Source: Peribolospora baueri | Lineage: Eukaryota | Reading direction: 5' to 3' | DNA: 64,000 nucleotides | Assembly: GCA_029717555.1 (NCBI GenBank) | Contig: JAMDHS010000001.1 | Span: 62,001 to 126,000, forward strand | Shown here: positions 57,662-64,000 of the stretch, piece after piece | Numbering within the stretch: position 1 is the stretch's first letter | Layout: each line of letters opens with the position of its first letter | Made by a program: the position numbers and the translations under genes | Notes under the pieces: model-generated | What the model was told of the DNA's origin: nothing | The model's database searches: none | The model's input: the letters and a program-made list of their open reading frames with translations, nothing else

Positions 57662-60600
57662 ATGTTTTATCTTCTCCCGCCCCAACTGCGGTCGGCGATC
57701 AGGAGCAGGTCCCAACCTGGCCAACAAGGAGCTGACACCGAGGTTCCAGCAACACCCACCACCGACGTCGGAGGGAAAGGAAAAAAGGAGACTCCGGCCG
57801 ACCATGTACGAGTCTCCCTCCAAGCGCCTCCAGCCGTCAGTCGATCAACGACGACAACCGAGCCAAGACCTACGCCAGTCCTTCCCCTCCCACTCCGACC
57901 GATCGCCAGAGACATCGCCGACCACAACGGCCCCCAACCCTCTGACGCGGGGTCCCAAGCTGGATCTCGCGGCGCTTGACGCGAGGTTCCGGAAGTGGAC
58001 AGATGCGGTGGCGAGGAGGTTCGAAGTGAAGAGGAGGAGCCGGGACGATGGCAAAGGCGGCGGCGGCGGCGGCGGGAAAGGGGCCAGGAAGCGGGAGGAG
58101 GAAAAACGGGAAATCTGGAGGAGCGTTCTGGAGAAGGTAGACAGGCTTCGAGGTCGGGATGGGGAGGAGGAGGAAGGAGGGAGGGCGGAGAGCGAGGCGG
58201 AGAGAGGATTGACGTTGGACCATAAGCCGCGTGCGTCTTCTCTGACCTCTCTGACCTGTCACTGTCATTCCGCGCGCTGATCTCGTCGTCGTGATGGCTG
58301 TGCGGCTCTCGTCCGGCCTTTCTTTCGTCATTGATCGACGTTTCCCTTCAGCGATGTCCGCGACGGAGTTCGATGCGTGAGTGTGGTCAGATCCAGGCCT
58401 ACGTACCAACGTAGGAGCCCCCGTCAGCACTGCTTAAAGACGGCCGCTCACCTTCTCCGCCTATTTAAACAGGATCGTCAACTCGGTACGAGTCGCCATC
58501 TCTGCCGGTTTGCAGCCTAAGATGATTGCCACGGGATCCAGCGGCTCGTATTTTGCTCGCGCTCTTGTTGACGAGCACGGCTCCGATGGTGAAGATGGCG
58601 CTGCGCCCAGACGGTCCAAAACCGTTGGCGTGTTCAAGCCGAAGGACGAGGAGGTGTGTAAGACTAGTGCTTCTCCCCACTCGCCTTTCTGAAGTTACCT
58701 AGTGTCGCTCATCTCCGTCTCCGACCACGGTTTAACGTGTCTTTCAGCCCTACGGCCAATTGAACCCCAAGCGTGTTCTCCTCCGCAAGTTCTTCTGGTT
58801 CCTCCTCGGCCGAGCCTGCCTTCTCCCCAACTTTTCCTACCTCTCCGAGGCCGGCGGCTGGATCCTGTCCTCGAGGCTCGGTCTGCACATCGTCCCTCGC
58901 ACAGGCATCTTCAGTCTGTCTTCTCCCGCGTTCTATTACTCCCCTCGTGACCGCCGGAGATGGCAGTCGGGAGAGATCACCGGCCTTCCGGAAAAGGTGG
59001 GCAGCTTCCAGGCGTTTCTGAGCGGATACGTAAACGCTAGCGATTGGCTCAGGGAGCACCCTTGGCCCGGAGGGGCAATGACGGAGCAGGACTTTGCCGA
59101 GGAGAGGAAGAGGCATCGGAAGAAGAGGCGGTCGAGGCGCGACGGGACGACGTTCGGCCGAAGGGTGCGAGATTCGACGATGAGGTGCGTCTCCTGCGGC
59201 TCGAACAGGGAGGGCAAGATTCGGCTCGAGGACGAGGACGAGCGTGACGGCTTGCCCTCGGGAGAAGAAGACGAAACGCAGGCGGGCCGTCCTCCTCCGT
59301 CGCAAGGTTCTGGCTCGTTCCTTTGGACGCACGAGCTCATGCAGGGATTTCGCGAGCAGTTGGAACAGCTCGTTCTATTAGGCATGTGAACGATTTTCTT
59401 CCTTCGACTCGTGCTCAAGAGTCGTCGTTTCGTTTGTCGCGTCCGTCTCTTCCCGTGCTGACGTGCCGCGCCGCGCCGGCGTCCATCGCCGTCTTTCGAC
59501 CGTCAGATTATCTCATGCGTAACACCGATCGTGCGTCGTCCCGGAGAGAGGGCCGATTTCAGCGCTACGCGCTAACAGGCATATTCCTTTTTTTTGTCCA
59601 CCAGGCTCGCTGGACAACATGATGGTCAAGTACTGCGATGGCTCGGACCGAGACGCTTGCTCTCCATCCACGCACGGCTCACCAGCTCGTCTCATCGATG
59701 ATGCGTCGCATTACAATCCAACTCAGGACACGCCGACCGAGTGCCCAGCTTGTCGCCCGCACCTCCACCTGGCGGCGATCGACAACTCGCTCTCCTTCCC
59801 CTACAAGCACCCGGACGGATGGCGACAGTACCCCTTCGGCTGGCTCTGGCTGCCTGTGAGCCTGATCGGCGGACCGTGGTCAGAGAAGACAAGGAGGCAG
59901 TTTGTGCGCGTCCTTCGGAAGAGGGAGTGGTGGGAAGAGACGGCCAAGGAGCTCAGAAGGACGTTTAGGGTCGATCGGGCGTGGGATGAAAAAAAGTTCA
60001 ACGTGCGTGTATGTGTATGTGGCCCAGAGAGGCTCGGTAGGCGACTGACGCTCCCTGTATTTTTCATTTCGGTCGCGGTCAGCGCCAAGTCGCGATCCTC
60101 AAAGGGCAAGCGTATAACGTGATTCAAAGCCTTCAGGAAGAGGAAGAAGGTAAGCATGCATTCCGGAAAGGATCGCGTGAGCCAGGAGACCCCCCGGCGG
60201 ATCTGCCAAACTTATCCTTCTGCCCTGGCGTTTTTGTCGTCCGTCAGGCCCGCTCGAGCTATGTCGGCGTCAAAAGTACTTGGTCTGGGATGATCCGGTG
60301 GAGGTACCAGTAGGCGCTCGGCGAGAGGACGGGCTGCGACGAGCGCCTACGCCTCCCAAGGCGGACGTGTACGCTCGGATGCGCAGGACGTTCTCCGCCG
60401 ACGTCCCTGGCTTCGTCAGCTCTCGGTGGGGGCTTGATGAGGAGGGCGAGAAAAGGGGAACGGTGCGCGACGGCTGTCGCCGTTCCTCGGGCCCGCTCGT
60501 CTCGTCGACGGCGAGAGACGTCCAGCGTCCGTCTTCGCCGTCGTCCTCGTCGGCGCATCCGATCCCGATCCAAGGGAGGGACTCGGGGTCGCGGATCTCG

Positions 60601-61588
60601 AGCGTGAACGTGGGCGGAGGGTCGTCGTTGGGAATCAGCGTGCTTCGAGACCTCGATCGGGCTGATCGGGCTGATAGGCGAGGGCGCAGGGTGGACAGGG
60701 CGAAGAGGATGATGCACATTGGGAGAGGCGGGGAGGGTAAGGAGGCGCGAGAGGGAGAGGGGGGCGTGTTGAGCGAGGGGGAGATGGTGGAGGAGGAGGA
60801 GGAGGAGGAGGAGGAGGAGGAGGGGGAAGGGGCGGAGCCGGGCAGGGGCACTTTCTCCGAAGGCGAGTCTTCCGAGCGCGCTCGACGTCGGTCGTCCATC
60901 GGCAAGGGCAAGGGCAAGGGGCGGGGCAGAGGGAGGGGTAGAAGGAGCGAGGAGACGTCGAGCGCGGAGGAGGGCAGATCGCCTCCCCTTCGCTCCTTCG
61001 GTCGAAGCGGGAGCGGGGAGTATACCGCGGGCTGGAGAAGGAGCTCGGCTCCGAGGGCCATCTTCGAGACGCTCGACGACGAACAGGCGGTCGCTGCTGC
61101 GACGACGTCGGCGATCCAGGCGATCCAGGCTGGCGACTCGGAGGAAGCGCAGGAACGCGCCACGATGGGGACGACGGGCGAGGAAAGGGAAAGCGGGAGC
61201 GGGAGCAGCCTTGCGTCTCCGTCTCGGTCGATTCCAGGTGCGGGCCCGGCCGTGGGCTGGCGTCGAGGAATGGGGAGGAGCGGACGGGAGGGGCGGTGGG
61301 GCAGCGCGTCGATGTCGAGCGGCGTCGATGGGTCGTCGGAGGCGGAAAGCTTGCTGCGTGGTGAGGAGGCGGAGGAGACCAAGGTGGTGATCCTAGAGGT
61401 GAGCGACGACCGGACGGGGCCGGACCGAGGGAGCGCGAGTAGACGGGGACGAGACGAGACGAGACGAGACGGGACGAGACGTGCTGACGTTTGTTTCTTC
61501 CACGCTCGCTCGCTCTTTTTCTTTGTCTTTGTCTTTGTCCAAGCGCATCGAGATGGACAACTCTCGAGCGTTCTTCTCGTTCTGGTGA
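57662..61588 (+). CDS. LSB6: Type II phosphatidylinositol 4-kinase
   Basis: PKMIATGSSGSYF, GVFKPKDEEPYG, GRACLLPNFSYLSEA, KVGSFQ, DYLMRNTDR, LAAIDNSLSFP..HP..WR.YPFGW; last exon RIEMDNSRAFFSFW. The start is 57662 or 57804. Confidence 0.9.
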
Positions 61589-63319
61589 TCGACGTCGACG
61601 TGGGGAAGGGAAAGAGGGAAAGATGGAAGGAAGAGAAGAAAAAAAAAAGGATCGAAGAAGAGGTGGATGGATGTTTGTTGACTGCACGGAAAAAGGGACT
61701 GAACTGGACTGGACTGGACTGGTTCTCTCTCGTCTTTTGGCTTGACGTCAGTCCAACGTCTGCACGTTCCTTCGTCGTCCGTCCGTCCGTCCGTTCGTTT
61801 CTTCGTTTCTTTCCGCCCGTTCCTTCCTTCTTCGCTCACTCGCTCGCTCGCTCGCGCGCTAGAGCGTTTCTGAGGCGGAAGTGCGAGGAGGAAGGAGGAC
61901 GAGGGAGGCCAGATCAGAGCGAGTGATTCTTGGTTGCGGTGTGATAGATGACATTTCATTTCATTTCATATCATATCGTCATTCTCATCTGCGTCTCGTC
62001 TCCTCTGCGAGATGGCAAGGCAAGGCATGCTGGACTGACTGACTGAGTCGGGGCTTGCAAGATAGGAGATGACGGAAGGGAGGGAGGGCCGGGCAGGAGG
62101 GTGGAATGAAAGGGAGGGAAGGAACGTCAGGAACGTGGCTGGCTGGACGAGGGCGCGAGGCGAGGGAGGCGAGGGATGGGATCCGATGCGAGCGTCGGCG
62201 ACATGGGATCGACGGCGAGCAGGTGGACGTCGGCGCGACGACTGCAGTGGATATCGCGGAGACGACTTGCAGTGGATCGTCGTGTCGATACGACTCGACT
62301 TTACTCGACTCTAATCGTGTCGACTCTACTCGTCACGACTAGCCTCGACTCGTCCTGCGTCCAAGCCTCGTGGAGGGGCGAGCGAAGGAGAAGCGAGCCG
62401 ACACGAGGGGACGCGCACATGCAAGCACGGTGCACGGCGCCCGGCGCCCGGCTACCGGCGAGGACGGGTGGAGTGGAAGAAAGAAGAGACGACGATGGAA
62501 GAAAGAAGAGAAGAGGGTCGAGTGGAAAGAAGAAGAGACGATGGCGCGGGCGGATGAGGAAGCAAGTGGACGGCGAAGCCACGCCGGCGGGCGGGCACCG
62601 TCTGCGCGGGTTAGGGTTACCGGGCGACGCCGGCGCACGTGGCGGGCTGATTTGATTTGTATTGTATTATATTGTATTGGCGGCGAGGGCGAGGTTTGTA
62701 TTGCATTGGGCGTCGGCGAGCGAGATGGACAGGCGCTCGACTCGCTCGACTTGCTCCACCTTGCCTCGACAGGCCTGAGGAGTCCTGTCTGTCTATCCTA
62801 TCCTGTCCTGTCTATCATCTGTCCTCTTCTTTCTGTTTTTGTCGTCCTTCTCGGCAAGCTCGCCGTCCTCTCGCCGTCGCCCTGCTTGCGCCCGCTCCCG
62901 CAAGCTACGGCACAAGATCGACGACCAACGAGGGCTAGTCGTAGCCCTTCCCACATACACACCCTCTAGCCGCAGCTAAGCATTGGCTAAGCGTCGCCTA
63001 ACCGCCCTTGACTATTGACTAACCGTTGCGTAAAGGCCGATTAAGAACCCGCGCAAGTGCGCGCAAGTCCCACCATCATCATCGGCCGTCGTCGCGTCGC
63101 CCCTCTTTTCTTCCTCCTCCATCCTCCCGTCGTCGTCGTCGTCGTCGTCATCGTCATCCTCGCCGTCGTCGTCGCCGTCGCCTCACTTACCGTCACCGTC
63201 ACTGCCACCATCGCCTCACTTCGCTCACCGTCACCCTCGCCGTCGCCGTCACCGCTACCGCCTCGCCCGTCCTTTCCACCCTCCCCAAGGGCCCCCCCGC
63301 CCGACGACGTACCCATCCA

Positions 63320-64000
63320 ATGTCCGGCGACCCTCCCTCCTCGACCCACGACTTCCTCCGTCTCGGCTTCCCTCCTTCGCCTGCTTCGCCCTCCGTGCCT
63401 GCGCCGGCTCTTGCGCCTGCGCCTGACCACACTTCGCCCTCGCCTTTGCTTTCGCCTTCGTCCTCGCCCTTCGCCTCCTCCCCATCCTCTTCCCGCTCCC
63501 CCTTCACCCCTGACGCTCCCGTCGCTCGCTCCTTCCCTGCCTCCGCCGTCTACTCTCGACCCCCCGTCGACAAGACCGAGCTGCCCGCCCTTCCCCCTCC
63601 CTCGCCCTTGCGAGCCGACTTTCAAGCCCTCACCGTCAGCCCAGTCCGCGCAGACACCCAGGTGGCCGTCGCCGCCGCCGCTGCCGCCGCCTCCTCCGTC
63701 CATCCTACCATCTTCGCCTCCGCCAGCGACCCCCCGGATGGTCCTTCCTCATCCTCTTCTTCCTTCACTACCGCTCCCCCCTCCGTCCGGCTAAACAGCG
63801 AAACCATCGACGACGGCCTCTCACACCCCTTCCCCGATCAGCCCTTCCCCATCTCCCCCGCCGTGTCCACTTTCTCCGCCCACTCCGCTCACTCCAACAT
63901 GGACCTCGGCGACATCTCGCCCGATGGCGATGGCAGAGAGAGAGATAGGGATAGGGACAGGGACAGGGATCGGGATAGCAGGGATCGCGATAGGGACAGC
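63320..64000 (+). CDS. 5' part of an unidentified protein (Pro/Ser-rich, then RD repeats), truncated by the window end
   Basis: Open frame from ATG 63320 (MSGDPPSSTHDFLRLG...) through DRDRDRDRDS to 64000 with no stop. Confidence 0.6.
   Translation, partial: MSGDPPSSTHDFLRLGFPPSPASPSVPAPALAPAPDHTSPSPLLSPSSSPFASSPSSSRSPFTPDAPVARSFPASAVYSRPPVDKTELPALPPPSPLRADFQALTVSPVRADTQVAVAAAAAAASSVHPTIFASASDPPDGPSSSSSSFTTAPPSVRLNSETIDDGLSHPFPDQPFPISPAVSTFSAHSAHSNMDLGDISPDGDGRERDRDRDRDRDRDSRDRDRDS

Noticed and set aside
60270..61687. Long minus-strand ORFs (370 and 350 aa)
   Set aside because: They are antisense shadows of the GC-rich LSB6 C-terminal exon

Overview
GC-rich, intron-dense eukaryotic DNA, most likely from a basidiomycete fungus (GTGAGT/GTGCGT donors, CTRAC branch points, fungal gene set). 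I read about 20 protein genes and two intron-containing tRNA genes. In order: LEU2, a JmjC dioxygenase, Mpv17/SYM1-like, an EVE-domain protein, tRNA-Ser(CGA), ATS1-like RCC1, TatD, an unknown membrane protein, Tvp38/TMEM41-like, tRNA-Pro(AGG), KU70, a DPB3-like histone fold, an aquaglyceroporin, a PGM2-type mutase, an uncharacterised SAM methyltransferase, a Zn2Cys6 factor, a YOR1-like ABCC transporter, YAK1, DBF4, DUF4112, LSB6 and a truncated gene at the right edge. I saw no transposon, CRISPR array or secondary-metabolite backbone gene, and I cannot claim a new system. The best leads are a helically phased TA/TAA array before the last gene, a TAG that sits inside the apparently conserved C-terminal motif of the mutase, a Leu3/E-box/Gcn4-like module at LEU2, tandem MCB boxes at DBF4, an NPC/NSA aquaglyceroporin, a required GC-AG intron in LSB6 and a possible short docking motif in the TatD tail. 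CDS coordinates are start-to-stop spans including introns. Splicing was inferred by eye and family calls come from remembered motifs, not database searches.
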